Assembly: GCA_965221305.1 (NCBI GenBank)
Contig: OZ244881.1
Coordinates: 854,091-918,090 of the forward strand
DNA length: 64,000 nucleotides
Source of the DNA: Vicinamibacterales bacterium
Lineage (GTDB): Bacteria > Acidobacteriota > Vicinamibacteria > Vicinamibacterales > UBA8438
Direction of reading: 5' to 3'
Part shown: in pieces, positions 17,114-26,832 of the stretch
Position numbering within the stretch: the stretch's first letter is position 1
Layout: each line of letters opens with the position of its first letter
Program-made: the position numbers and the translations under genes
Notes under the pieces: generated by a model
Database searches by the model: none
What the model was told of the DNA's origin: nothing
The model's input: only the letters and a program-made list of their open reading frames with translations

Positions 17114-18305
17114 AGATGTTGATGGCGGTGCGGTACATGTCGAGGGGACGGTCGATGGCGAGCATGGCGAGCACGATGGCCTCGGCCTGCGGATGGCCGC
17201 CCAGCCCGATGGCGTCGAGGACGATGAAGATGACCACCAGTCCCGCCGACGGTACCGCGGCCGCGCCGATCGACGCGAGCAGCGCCGTCATCACCGCCAC
17301 CACCTGGGCGCCGAGCGACAGGTCGAAGCCGATCACCTGGGCGATGAAGAGCGCTCCCACGCACTCGAACACCGCGGTGCCGTCCATGTTCACGGTGGCC
17401 CCCATGGGGAGGACGAACGAGGACACCTTGTTCGAGACCCCCACCCGCTCCTGAACCGTCCGCATCGTCACCGGAAGCGTCGCGGCCGACGAGCTCGTCG
17501 AGAACGCGATGAGCAGCGGGTTGCGCATGTTCTTGAAGTGGATGGCGGGGGAGATGCGCGCCAGCACGATCAGAACCAGCGGGAGGGTGACGAAGAGATG
17601 GACGGTGAGCCCCGTCCCCACCGTCAGGAAGTAGCGGATCAGCGGCGCGAACGCCTCGAACCCGGTGGTGCCGACCATCCGCGTGATGAGCGCGAACACC
17701 CCGATGGGCAGCAGCTTGATGATGCCGGAGGTCAGCGCCACCATCACCTGGAAGAACGCGTTGAAGAAGCGGGAGAGGGTGTCGCGGTGACCGTCCGTCT
17801 TCAGGGTCGCGATCGCGGCCCCGAGGAGGATGCTGAAGAAGATGATGGGCAGCATGTCGCCCGCGGCGGCCGACGACAGGACATTCGGCGGCACGATGTC
17901 GAGGAGCAGGTCGACCCCGGAGGTGGGGATGTCGAGCTCGGGCATTTCGCCGCCGGCAGTGGCGTCGCCGAGGGAGGCGCCGACCCCGGGCCGGAACAGG
18001 TTGACGACGATGAGGCCGGTGGACGCGGCGAGGAAGCTCGTCAGCAGGTAGTAGCCCATCGTCTTGCCGAAGAGCCGCCCGATGGCCCGTCCGCCCCCGA
18101 TCGAGGCGACTCCGGAGACGATGGAGGCGATGACCAGCGGTACGATGATCATGCGCAGCAGGCGCATGAACAGGTCGCCGATCCAGCCGACCGCGTTCGC
18201 CGCGCCCTCGCCGAAGATCAGGCCGGTGAGGGCGCCGAGGAGCATGGCGCCGAGGACCTGCCAGTGGAGCTTGAGGTACCAGAGCCGGTCTTGGTTGATG
18301 TCCAT
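17040..18305 (-). CDS. Dicarboxylate/amino acid:cation symporter (DAACS, GltP/DctA family)
   Basis: 421-aa polytopic ORF with typical DAACS strings (SSSAATLP, MDGTA). Confidence 0.85.
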   Translation of the reverse strand: MDINQDRLWYLKLHWQVLGAMLLGALTGLIFGEGAANAVGWIGDLFMRLLRMIIVPLVIASIVSGVASIGGGRAIGRLFGKTMGYYLLTSFLAASTGLIVVNLFRPGVGASLGDATAGGEMPELDIPTSGVDLLLDIVPPNVLSSAAAGDMLPIIFFSILLGAAIATLKTDGHRDTLSRFFNAFFQVMVALTSGIIKLLPIGVFALITRMVGTTGFEAFAPLIRYFLTVGTGLTVHLFVTLPLVLIVLARISPAIHFKNMRNPLLIAFSTSSSAATLPVTMRTVQERVGVSNKVSSFVLPMGATVNMDGTAVFECVGALFIAQVIGFDLSLGAQVVAVMTALLASIGAAAVPSAGLVVIFIVLDAIGLGGHPQAEAIVLAMLAIDRPLDMYRTAINIFSDSCGAAIIARSEGEEGVDAEVR

Positions 18306-18309
18306 GGTT

Positions 18310-19545
18310 TCAAGGGTCCTCGCGGGGAGTCGCGGCGGCGGGTGACCAGTCTGCGGCGCGTTGCTCGGCGTCGGCGAGTTCGCCGGGCGTGAGCTGTTGG
18401 GCGACGACGGCGCGCGCCTGCAGCAGGCCGGCCCGCGCCGGTTCGGGGGCCCGTGCGGCGGCGAGCGTGAGCCACAGGTACGAGGCGGCCGGGTCCTGCG
18501 GCACGCCGTCGCCGTTGGCGTACATCACGCCGAGGTTCTGCTGCGCGGCCGGGTCGCCGCGTTCGGCGGCGCGGCGGAACCAGCGCGCCGCCTCGGCCGC
18601 GTCGCGCGCGACCCCGGCGCCGTTATCGTAGCTCATCCCCAGGTTGAACTGCGCCCGCACGTGCCCCTGCTCGGCCGCGAGCCGGACCAGCCGGATCGCC
18701 TCCGCGAGGTCCTGCGCGACCCCGCGGCCGTTGAAGTAGAGGTTGGCGAGGGCGAACTGGCCCTCCGCGTAACCCTGGTCCGCCGCCCGACGGATCCAGC
18801 GGACCGCCTCGGCGTCGTCCTCGGGCACCCCGGCGCCGGCGTCGTGGAGATAACCCAGCGTGACCTGGGCGGCGGGGTCGCCCTGCACCGCGGCGAGGCG
18901 GTACCAGCGGGCGGCGAGGGCGAGGTTCCGGTCGACCCCCGAACCGGTCTCGTACATGCTGGCGAGGGTCACCTGTGCGGTGGGATTGCCCTGCGCCGCG
19001 GCCAACCGCACCCAGTGCGCGGCCCGCGCCTGGTCCCGCGGCGTCCCGCGCCCGTTGTAGTGCATCCGGCCGAGGTTGAACTGCGCCTCGGCGTGGCCCT
19101 GCTCGGCGGCGCGGCGGAACCAGCGGACCGCCTCGGCGTCGTCGCGGCCGACGCCGGTCCCGCGCGCGTACATCCGCCCCAGCCGGAACTGGGCCTCCCA
19201 GTGGCCCTGCTCGGCGGCGCGGCGGAACCAGCGGACCGCCTCGGCGTCGTCTTCGGGCACGCCGAGGCCCGCGTCGTAGCGCACCCCGAGCCCGTGCTGG
19301 GCGCCGGCGTGGCCCTGCTCGGCGGCCCTCCGGTACCAACGCGCGGCCCGTTCGTCGTCCCGGGGGACGCCGGTGCCGGTCACGTGGAGTCGGCCGAGGT
19401 TGAACTGCGCCGCCGCGTCGCCCGCCTCGGCCCGTTCGCGCAGGTCGTCGACGGTCTGTTGAGCCTCGGTCGGCGCCGCGAGCAGCGCCGCGGCGACGGC
19501 GATTGCGAGTGTTCGCAGGGGGTGGGGCGCCGTCCGCGCCGGCAT
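18310..19545 (-). CDS. Secreted SEL1-repeat (TPR-like) protein
   Basis: This is the C-terminal part of ORF 18310..21027, trimmed to ATG 19545 with the signal MPARTAPHPLRTLAIAVAAALLAAP. It has about 10 repeats of the AxxWYRRAAEQGHxxAQxxLG type. Confidence 0.8.
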   Translation of the reverse strand: MPARTAPHPLRTLAIAVAAALLAAPTEAQQTVDDLRERAEAGDAAAQFNLGRLHVTGTGVPRDDERAARWYRRAAEQGHAGAQHGLGVRYDAGLGVPEDDAEAVRWFRRAAEQGHWEAQFRLGRMYARGTGVGRDDAEAVRWFRRAAEQGHAEAQFNLGRMHYNGRGTPRDQARAAHWVRLAAAQGNPTAQVTLASMYETGSGVDRNLALAARWYRLAAVQGDPAAQVTLGYLHDAGAGVPEDDAEAVRWIRRAADQGYAEGQFALANLYFNGRGVAQDLAEAIRLVRLAAEQGHVRAQFNLGMSYDNGAGVARDAAEAARWFRRAAERGDPAAQQNLGVMYANGDGVPQDPAASYLWLTLAAARAPEPARAGLLQARAVVAQQLTPGELADAEQRAADWSPAAATPREDP

Positions 19546-19553
19546 GCCGATTC

Positions 19554-21224
19554 CTATCTCGCGGCCGGGATCGTCTCGGTGTCGACGATGCCCGCGCCCT
19601 CCTCGACGACGATCATCCGGTTCGCGGGGACGGCGCCGAGGCGGTCCACCGCGCCGCCGGGCCACGTCACCACGACCGAGTCGGCCTGCGCCTCGCCGCC
19701 GAGCCCGAAGGTCACCGGCAGCTCGCTCTGCGACAGGTAGCTCGAGCCCGTCTTGACGAGTTGCCACTGGTCGCGCCCCCCCGCCGTCACGTCGATGCGG
19801 GCCCCGATGCCGTCTCGGTTCGAGGTGGTCCCCACGGTCCGGATGCGCAGCAGGCGGTTCTCGTTGCCGCCGTCGTTGCGGAGCAGCCGCGGCGGGCCGC
19901 CGTTGGCGGTGACGATCACGTCGAGGTCGCCGTCGCGGTCGAAGTCGGCATAGGCGGCCCCGCGGCCGACCTGCGCCGCCGCGAGGGCGGTATCGGGGGC
20001 GTCGACCTCCTCGAACCGCCCGTCGGCGTTGCGGAAGAGCTGCGGCGGCTGCGCGTAGGTGATGCGGGCCTGCACGCGCTCGACGTCGTCGGCGACGTGC
20101 CCGTTGGCGGCGAAGATGTCCGGCCAGCCGTCGAGGTCGAAGTCGAAGAAGAAGCAGCCGAACGTCAGCGTCAGCAGGGTCGCCCGGCCGATGGCCGAGC
20201 GAGGCCCCTCGTCGATGAACAGGCCGTTGCCCTCGTTGTGGTAGAGGGCCATCATCTCGGTCGAGAAGTGGCCGATGACGAGGTCGGGCCGGCCCGACCC
20301 GTCGTAGTCGGCGGCGTCCGCGCCCATGCCGGCGCGGGCCACGCCGGCATCGCTGAACGCCACCCCGGCGAGGACCCCGATGTCCTCGAACGTGCCGTCG
20401 CCGCGGTTCTCGAAGAGCTGGTCGGGCTGGGTGTCGTTGGCGACGAACAGGTCCATCCAGCCGTCGTCGTTGTGGTCGAGCATGACGACCCCGAGCGCCT
20501 TCGACGAGGGGGCGCGCAGACCCGCCGCGTCGGTGACGTCCTCGAAGGTGCCGTCTCCCCGGTTCCGGTACAGCGTGCCGCTCCGGCCCTGGTACGACTC
20601 GGGCGTGCAGTACGACTTGGCGTCGCCGGACAGCGAGCAGAACAGGTCGGTCTCCGGCGTCCACTGCACGTAATTGCCGACGAACAGGTCGAGGTGTCCG
20701 TCCTCGTCGTAGTCGAACCAGAGGGCGGCGGTCGAGAACGCCGGGTCGCCGACCCCGGCCGCCGCCGTCACGTCGGTGAAGGCGCCGTCTCCGGTCCCCT
20801 TGAGCAGGCGGTTGGGCCCGAGCACGGTGAGGTAGATGTCGACGTGCCCGTCGTTGTCGTAGTCGGCGGCGGCCCCGCCCATCCCGTAGAGGGGGACGTC
20901 GAGCCCCGAGCCGCGGGTGATGTCGGTGAACGTGCCGTCGCGGTCGTTGCGGTACAGCGCGGCGTGCGTCTCCGCCTCGCCGCGCCCGGACCACGCGGTG
21001 CCGTTGACGAGCAACAGGTCCTGCCACCCGTCGCCGTCGGCGTCGAGCCAGAGGGCGCCCGAGCCGAACGTCTCCGGCATGTACTTGGCGCCGAAGGCGC
21101 CGGTGTTGTGGGTGAAGCGGATGCCGGCCGTTTCGGTGACGTCGGTGAAGACGACCGGGGTGGCGGCCATCACGACGAAGGTCGAGGCCGACGCTGCGAG
21201 GGTCAGGGCGATCAAGCGTGTCAT
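19554..21224 (-). CDS. CRTAC1-family FG-GAP/VCBS repeat protein with an ASPIC/UnbV C-terminus
   Basis: 556-aa ORF with repeated DxDxDGxxD FG-GAP motifs and a C-terminal NRDGIGARI...GSSYLSQSE string. Confidence 0.8.
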   Translation of the reverse strand: MTRLIALTLAASASTFVVMAATPVVFTDVTETAGIRFTHNTGAFGAKYMPETFGSGALWLDADGDGWQDLLLVNGTAWSGRGEAETHAALYRNDRDGTFTDITRGSGLDVPLYGMGGAAADYDNDGHVDIYLTVLGPNRLLKGTGDGAFTDVTAAAGVGDPAFSTAALWFDYDEDGHLDLFVGNYVQWTPETDLFCSLSGDAKSYCTPESYQGRSGTLYRNRGDGTFEDVTDAAGLRAPSSKALGVVMLDHNDDGWMDLFVANDTQPDQLFENRGDGTFEDIGVLAGVAFSDAGVARAGMGADAADYDGSGRPDLVIGHFSTEMMALYHNEGNGLFIDEGPRSAIGRATLLTLTFGCFFFDFDLDGWPDIFAANGHVADDVERVQARITYAQPPQLFRNADGRFEEVDAPDTALAAAQVGRGAAYADFDRDGDLDVIVTANGGPPRLLRNDGGNENRLLRIRTVGTTSNRDGIGARIDVTAGGRDQWQLVKTGSSYLSQSELPVTFGLGGEAQADSVVVTWPGGAVDRLGAVPANRMIVVEEGAGIVDTETIPAAR

Positions 21225-21228
21225 CGTG

Positions 21229-24042
21229 TCAGGGGGCGGCGGGCCGCGGGTCCGGGCGCCGGTGCTCGTGGATGGCCTGCCGTTCGTTGTTGTCCTCGGG
21301 CGAGGCGCGGCGGAAGCCCCCGGTTATCGCCTGGGCGGCTTCGTCAGCCTTGAACCGTTCGTACAGCGCGCGCTCGCGCGCCGCCTCCTCCCGGTTGCCC
21401 GCGCCCTGGTGGGCGAGCATCAGATTGTAGTGGGCGGCCACGTCCTCGGGGTCGATCGCGAGCACTGCCCGGTAGGTGTCGATGGCCGCCTCGAACTGCC
21501 GGTCGAGAAACTGCAGGCGTCCGATCTGGCCGAGGACCACGCGGTCGCGAGGATACTGCTCGCGCGCCACCGCCAGGTGCTCCATCGCCTCCTCGTAGCG
21601 CCCGAGCGCCCGCAGGGCGGTGCCGAGGAAGAAGTGGGCGCGGGCGAGGTCCGGCTCGAGGGCGAGAGCCTGTTCGAGGAGGGGGATCGCGGCGTCGACG
21701 TCGCCCTCCTGCAACCGGGCCCGCGCCGCGTTCACCGGCCCGTCCGGATACTCGGGGTCGATTGTCATCACTCGCCGGAACGCCGCCTCCGCCCCCCGCA
21801 GGTCGCCCTGCAGCAGCAACCCGATGCCGTAGTCGTTCCAGCGTCCCCGTTGCCGGGCGTCGCCCCGGGGGATCGCCGGCGCTGGCGAGAGGGGCGCGTC
21901 GGCGTCGACGACGGCCAGCGTCGCGGTCGCCTCCGCCATCACCGTGGTGGGGATGTCGGGAATCGCCTTCACTTGGCCCGACACGCCGCTCGTGTCGCCG
22001 GTGAACACCCACCGCCCGTCGTCGTGGGCGCTCGTGACCGACGGCGCCGGGTCGGACGGATCGCGGACCCCGGCGAACGCCCACTGGGTGAACCACCACG
22101 CGAACTTCCGGTAGTTGACCTTCGCGCGCAGGGTGATGCGGTCGCCGGCGTCCTCGGGAATCTCGAGCCGGTAGTGGACGGTGTCGGCGGCGCCGGGGGG
22201 GATGAGCCGCACGTAGGCGACGGACCGGGTCGCCCAGGCGTTCCGCTTGTTGATGGGGTTGCCGTGCTCGTCGAGTTGCAGGCTGCGGTAGAAGTGGGCG
22301 CCGGGGTCGACCGGCCCGCTGCCCCCGTCCGCCGCCTCGCCGCTGTGCAGGATCACGCGGCCGCGGTCGTCCACCGCCTCGAGCTCGACCCAGACGTCGA
22401 AGGCGTCGACGGTGCCCCCGGGGAAGAAGTGGCCGACGTTCCGGGTGCGGACCACCACCTCCAGGCGCACCGACTCGCCGCGGCGCACCGCCACCGGCGT
22501 CAGGTCGAGGGGCGCGACGACCTCGGCCGGCGCCGGCCCGCCGGGCAGGCGTCGGGCCGCCCCGAACTGCAGCGACTCCTCGCCGACCGCGAACGTGCTC
22601 GATAGGGCGGGATCGCCCCCCGGCAGGACCGCCGCGGCGGGCGGCGCCGCGTCGGCCACGCGGGTGATGCCGAAGACGTCGATCGAAACCTGCCCGGCCC
22701 GCAGGAAGTCCTGCACCGCCTCGAGCTGCGCCTGGTCGCGGTTGACGAACGGCAGGGCGGTGTTGGCGCCGGGGAAGCGGTGCGACCGCACGTATCCGTC
22801 ACGGGCGGCGGGGTCGTCGGACCGTACCAGGGGCATGTGGCACGAGCTGCACGTCTGCGGCGTCTCGGGGTAGTAGAACGACCGCGCCCCCTGGCCGGAG
22901 ACGCCCGACGCCTGCCAGTTGTCGTACTCGTTGAACCCCCGCACCCAGCGGTAGTCGTTGACCGGCGCGTCGAGGTGCACCTTGTGGCACGCCGAGCAGA
23001 ACTCGGCGCTCTGCTCGGTGTGGAACGGCTTCATGAACGTGTCGCGGTGGGGTCGGGGGGCGAGCCGCAGCAGCAGGTCGTGCACGCCTTGCAGCAGCGG
23101 GTGCTCGCTCGCCGCGAGGTCGTGCAGCGGCGGGTACTCGATGGTGAAGTCGCCCTGGCCCATGGTGCTGCCGACGTGCACGATGGAGTGGCACGAGGTA
23201 CAGCCGAGCCCCGCCTGCGCCTCGACGGTGTCGATCTGATCGACGATCGGCGTGTCGAAGCGACCGTTGAAGAACACCGCGTGGTCGTGGCAGCCGGCGC
23301 ACCACTTCGAAGGCCGGGTGCCCACGACCTCCTGCATGTACTCGATGGACCGCCGGTACCACTGGTTGTTGAACGACGAGAAGTGGTGGGCCGACCCGTT
23401 CCACTGCTCGTAGATGTCGGCGTGGCAGCGGCCGCAGGTCTCGCTGGTCAGGAAGAAGTCGGCGGGAATCGTGTCGCCGGTATTGGTCGTGGCCGACGAC
23501 GGCGCGAACGGGCTCGACGCGCCGTCCCCCTCCTCGTCCATGGTCGCGGGGGGGCGGAGGGGGTTCTCGATGCGGTGCGTCTCGCGCCACTCCGCGTCGC
23601 GCACCGCGCGCACGAGCGGCGCCGCGAGGGCGGCCGTCGCGGCGACGACGAGGCCGACGCGAACGGTCCGGGTCCACGCGGGCGTCCCCTCGGTGGTGCG
23701 CCACAAGTGGATGCCCCAAGACAGCGCGCCGGCGGCCGAGACCGCGACGTGGATCTGCAGCAGCCAGGCGGTCTGTCGGGTGACTCCGATGGCGGCCGCC
23801 GCCAGTCCGAGGGCGAGCCCGGCCCCGAGCAGGCCGACCCCGGCCGCCGCCGGGAGGCTCCGCCTCCACGGCCGCCGCCACGCCTCCAGGACGAGCCCCC
23901 CCACGAGCACCAAGCCCAGCAGGGGATGCAGGGCGACGGAGGCGAAGTACGCGAGGGCGGCGGCCGGGGCCGCGACGAGATGGGCCGCAGTCAGAAGCAG
24001 GGCGATGAAGCCGAGCGTCGCCACGCGGGACGTGCTCATCAC
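21229..24042 (-). CDS. Membrane-anchored pentaheme c-type cytochrome fused to C-terminal TPR repeats
   Basis: 937-aa ORF with N-terminal TM helices and five CxxCH motifs (CGRCH, CAGCH, CTSCH, CSACH, CSSCH). TPR repeats lie at the C-terminus. Confidence 0.8.
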   Translation of the reverse strand: MMSTSRVATLGFIALLLTAAHLVAAPAAALAYFASVALHPLLGLVLVGGLVLEAWRRPWRRSLPAAAGVGLLGAGLALGLAAAAIGVTRQTAWLLQIHVAVSAAGALSWGIHLWRTTEGTPAWTRTVRVGLVVAATAALAAPLVRAVRDAEWRETHRIENPLRPPATMDEEGDGASSPFAPSSATTNTGDTIPADFFLTSETCGRCHADIYEQWNGSAHHFSSFNNQWYRRSIEYMQEVVGTRPSKWCAGCHDHAVFFNGRFDTPIVDQIDTVEAQAGLGCTSCHSIVHVGSTMGQGDFTIEYPPLHDLAASEHPLLQGVHDLLLRLAPRPHRDTFMKPFHTEQSAEFCSACHKVHLDAPVNDYRWVRGFNEYDNWQASGVSGQGARSFYYPETPQTCSSCHMPLVRSDDPAARDGYVRSHRFPGANTALPFVNRDQAQLEAVQDFLRAGQVSIDVFGITRVADAAPPAAAVLPGGDPALSSTFAVGEESLQFGAARRLPGGPAPAEVVAPLDLTPVAVRRGESVRLEVVVRTRNVGHFFPGGTVDAFDVWVELEAVDDRGRVILHSGEAADGGSGPVDPGAHFYRSLQLDEHGNPINKRNAWATRSVAYVRLIPPGAADTVHYRLEIPEDAGDRITLRAKVNYRKFAWWFTQWAFAGVRDPSDPAPSVTSAHDDGRWVFTGDTSGVSGQVKAIPDIPTTVMAEATATLAVVDADAPLSPAPAIPRGDARQRGRWNDYGIGLLLQGDLRGAEAAFRRVMTIDPEYPDGPVNAARARLQEGDVDAAIPLLEQALALEPDLARAHFFLGTALRALGRYEEAMEHLAVAREQYPRDRVVLGQIGRLQFLDRQFEAAIDTYRAVLAIDPEDVAAHYNLMLAHQGAGNREEAARERALYERFKADEAAQAITGGFRRASPEDNNERQAIHEHRRPDPRPAAP

Positions 24043-24064
24043 CTCTCATCGTAACGCAGGACCG

Positions 24065-24255
24065 CCGTCGCGTGGTGCGACGCGTCGGGGCGCCCGGCGG
24101 GGCGGCCGGAGGTTGCTCGGGCGCGAGCTCCGGCTCGTGCGCGCCGTCGCGTGGTGCGACGCGTCGGGGCGCCCGGCGGGGCGGCCGGAGGTTGCTGGGG
24201 CGCGCGCTCCGGCTCATGCGCGCCGTCGCGTGGTGCGACGCGTCGGGGCGTCCGG
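24065..24255. repeat. 79-bp tandem repeat (~2.4 copies) in a divergent intergenic region
   Basis: CCGTCGCGTGGTGCGACGCGTCGGGGCG starts at 24065, 24144 and 24223. Confidence 0.85.
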
Positions 24256-24358
24256 CGCCCCGGTCCCCCGGGCGGTGGGGTTCGCGGCGCGGCGCGGACG
24301 CGGTCGTGGGCGGAGCCCGCGGCGCCGGAACGGCGGCCGGGAGGGCCTGGAGGCTCGG

Positions 24359-24367
24359 TGTTAGAAT
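24359..24367 (+). promoter_or_regulatory. Candidate extended -10 promoter (TGtTAGAAT) placed for a leaderless transcript
   Basis: TGTTAGAAT ends 7 nt before ATG 24375, and no Shine-Dalgarno sequence lies in between. Confidence 0.3.
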
Positions 24368-24374
24368 CGCCGCG

Positions 24375-25826
24375 ATGTCTGTGTCGCGAGTCTCCGCTGC
24401 GCGCCTCGTCTGGTCCTCCGTGCCGGCCGCCGTGGCCGCCCTCGCGCTGGCTGCGCCGGCCGCCGAGCGCGAGTGGCTGGCCGGCGACTCGCACATCCAC
24501 AGCCACTGGAGCGCCGGCTACGACTACCGCACCAGCCCGCCGACGCCCATCAAGGCGCGGGACGCCCTCTACTCGACGCCGCGGAATGCGGCGATGGCCC
24601 GGCGGTTCGGCCTGCGGTGGATGGTGACGACGGACCACGGCGGTCCGAACCACGCCAAGCTGAACTTCGAACAGGCGTACCGCGAGCTGACCCTGTCGCG
24701 CGAGCTCGTGCCCGACGTGCTGCAGTTCTACGGTCTGGAGCTGAACATGCCGGGCATGGACCACCACACGCTGATCATCCCGCGGGCGGACGACGAGGCG
24801 CGGGTGCTCCACGAGATCGAGAGCCGGTTCGACGCTAACGAGGACTGGGCCCTGCCTCCCGATCCGCGCCGGCGGTCGGCGGCGCTCCGGCGGCAGGCGC
24901 TGGCCCACATGCAGGGGCTCGAGCGGCTGCCGGTCCTGTTCGCGAATCACCCTTCCCGCTCGGCGTCGGCGATCGGCCGCTACGGCCGCGACGAGCCGTG
25001 GGAGCTCCGCGAGAACAACGACCTCGCGCCCGACGTGTACCGCGGCATGGAGGGCGCGCCCGGCCACCAGGCCGCGACCCTCACCGACCGGAACGGCAGC
25101 ACCTACCGAGGCTCCTACTGGAACCCGGGGGCGCAGACCCTGGGCGGCTTCGACCAGATGACCGCCGTCGTCGGCGGTCTGTGGGACGCGCTCCTCGGCG
25201 AGGGGCGCCGCTTCTGGATCGTGGCCTCGTCCGACTCGCACTTCCACTACACCGAGACGGTGAGGGCGGGAAGCGACTTCTGGCCCGGCGAGTTCCACAA
25301 GACCTGGGTCCACGCCCGCCCGACCTATGACGATGTCCTCGATGGGCTCCGGCAGGGCCGCGTCTTCGCGGTCGCCGGCGACCTCGTCACCGAGCTGGAC
25401 TTCGGCCTGAACAACGCCGAGGGGGGCGAGGCGGGGCTCGGCGGCACGTTGCGGGTCGCGCGCGGGGCGCAGGTCACCGCGACGGTCCGTTTCCGCGACC
25501 CGGAGACCCCGAACGGGGCGGGAGAGAACCCCGCCGTCCGGCGGGTCGACGTCATCGTGGGCGAGGTGCGGGGACCGGCCTCGGATCCCTCGAACGACCA
25601 CAACCCCACGACGCGCGTGCTCGCCCGGTTCGACCGCGACGCGCTGGCCCGCGACGGGGACCGGTTCACCCTCGAGGCGGCGCTGCCGGCCGTCGACCGC
25701 GACCTCTACGTCCGCGTGCGCGGCACCAGCACCGAAGACCTCGAGCCCCTGATGGACGGGCCCGACGAGGACCCGTGGCGCGACCTCTGGTTCTATTCGA
25801 ACCCGATCTTCATCGAGGTCGAGTGA
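24375..25826 (+). CDS. Secreted PHP/CehA-like metal-dependent phosphoesterase family protein
   Basis: ORF 24072..25826 trimmed to ATG 24375 with a signal-like N-terminus. It has the strings GDSHIHSHWS and TTDHGG. Confidence 0.55.
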   Translation: MSVSRVSAARLVWSSVPAAVAALALAAPAAEREWLAGDSHIHSHWSAGYDYRTSPPTPIKARDALYSTPRNAAMARRFGLRWMVTTDHGGPNHAKLNFEQAYRELTLSRELVPDVLQFYGLELNMPGMDHHTLIIPRADDEARVLHEIESRFDANEDWALPPDPRRRSAALRRQALAHMQGLERLPVLFANHPSRSASAIGRYGRDEPWELRENNDLAPDVYRGMEGAPGHQAATLTDRNGSTYRGSYWNPGAQTLGGFDQMTAVVGGLWDALLGEGRRFWIVASSDSHFHYTETVRAGSDFWPGEFHKTWVHARPTYDDVLDGLRQGRVFAVAGDLVTELDFGLNNAEGGEAGLGGTLRVARGAQVTATVRFRDPETPNGAGENPAVRRVDVIVGEVRGPASDPSNDHNPTTRVLARFDRDALARDGDRFTLEAALPAVDRDLYVRVRGTSTEDLEPLMDGPDEDPWRDLWFYSNPIFIEVE

Positions 25827-25836
25827 CGGTCCCCTC

Positions 25837-26580
25837 TTGATCGTCGATCCCTGGTTCTACGTCGTCGCGACGGTCGCGGTGCTCATCGTCGGCATCGCCA
25901 AGGGCGGGCTCGGCGGCGGCATCGCGGTGGTCGGGGTGCCGCTGATGGCGATGGTCATCAGCCCCGCCCGGGCCGCCGCGGTGTTGTTGCCGATCCTCAT
26001 GGTGATGGACGTCCTCGCGGTTCGCGCCTACCGCGGGGCGTGGGATCGGCCCAACCTCCGCGTGCTGGTGCCGGCCGCGCTGCTCGGCACGGCGCTCGGC
26101 GCGGTGACCTTCGGCTACCTGACCCCCGACGGCCTGCGGGCGCTGGTGGGGGTCATCGCCCTGACCTACTCGCTGCAGTACTTCGCGCCGCGGGCGGCGT
26201 CGCCCCGGCGGTCGCCCCGCCGCGCGGCCGGCGTCTTCTGGGGGGCGCTGGCGGGGTTCGCGAGCTTCTCGGTGCACGCGGGGGGACCGCCCCTCCACGC
26301 CTACCTGCTGCCGCAGCGCATGGGCCGCACGACGTTCCAGGCCACCGGGGTGGCGTTCTTCTTCGTCGTGAACTGGTCGAAGGTGGGCCCGTACGCGTGG
26401 CTGGGTCAGTGGAACACCGACAACCTGCTCACCTCGCTCGTGCTGCTGCCCCTCGCGCCGGTGGGTGTCTGGATCGGGCGCCGGCTGCATGAGCGCGCCA
26501 CCGACGAGCTGTTCTTCCGCATCGTCCACGCCTCGCTCTTCGTCATCGGCGTGAAGCTGTTGTACGACGTGACGACGTGA
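25837..26580 (+). CDS. TauE/SafE (DUF81) family anion exporter
   Basis: 247-aa polytopic ORF with a typical TauE-like two-half organisation and Gly-rich TM1 (IAKGGLGGGIAVVGVPLM). Confidence 0.75.
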   Translation: MIVDPWFYVVATVAVLIVGIAKGGLGGGIAVVGVPLMAMVISPARAAAVLLPILMVMDVLAVRAYRGAWDRPNLRVLVPAALLGTALGAVTFGYLTPDGLRALVGVIALTYSLQYFAPRAASPRRSPRRAAGVFWGALAGFASFSVHAGGPPLHAYLLPQRMGRTTFQATGVAFFFVVNWSKVGPYAWLGQWNTDNLLTSLVLLPLAPVGVWIGRRLHERATDELFFRIVHASLFVIGVKLLYDVTT

Positions 26581-26601
26581 CGACGTGACGACGTGACGAC
26601 G
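26565..26601 (+). repeat. 8-bp microsatellite (CGACGTGA, ~4.6 units) spanning the TauE stop codon
   Basis: Units start at 26565, 26573, 26581 and 26589, with a partial unit at 26597. The stop is the TGA at 26578-26580. Confidence 0.9.
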
Positions 26602-26832
26602 CGGCCGTGCGACCGACCCCGCTCCGGCTCCCGGCCCGGTCGGATGTTCCGCGACCGGTCCGCCGAAGCCGCCGTCGCCGAAGCCGGCCGGCCCCGGCCG
26701 GTCTTCGCGTCGAGAGCGAGCAGCCGCAGGTCGGTCCGCCGCCCCGGTCCAATCCGGGTCGATTCAACGGTACGAGGGCGCGACGCGCATTGTAGAATCC
26801 ACTATTCGGCACATCTTGCGAGGAGAGCATCC

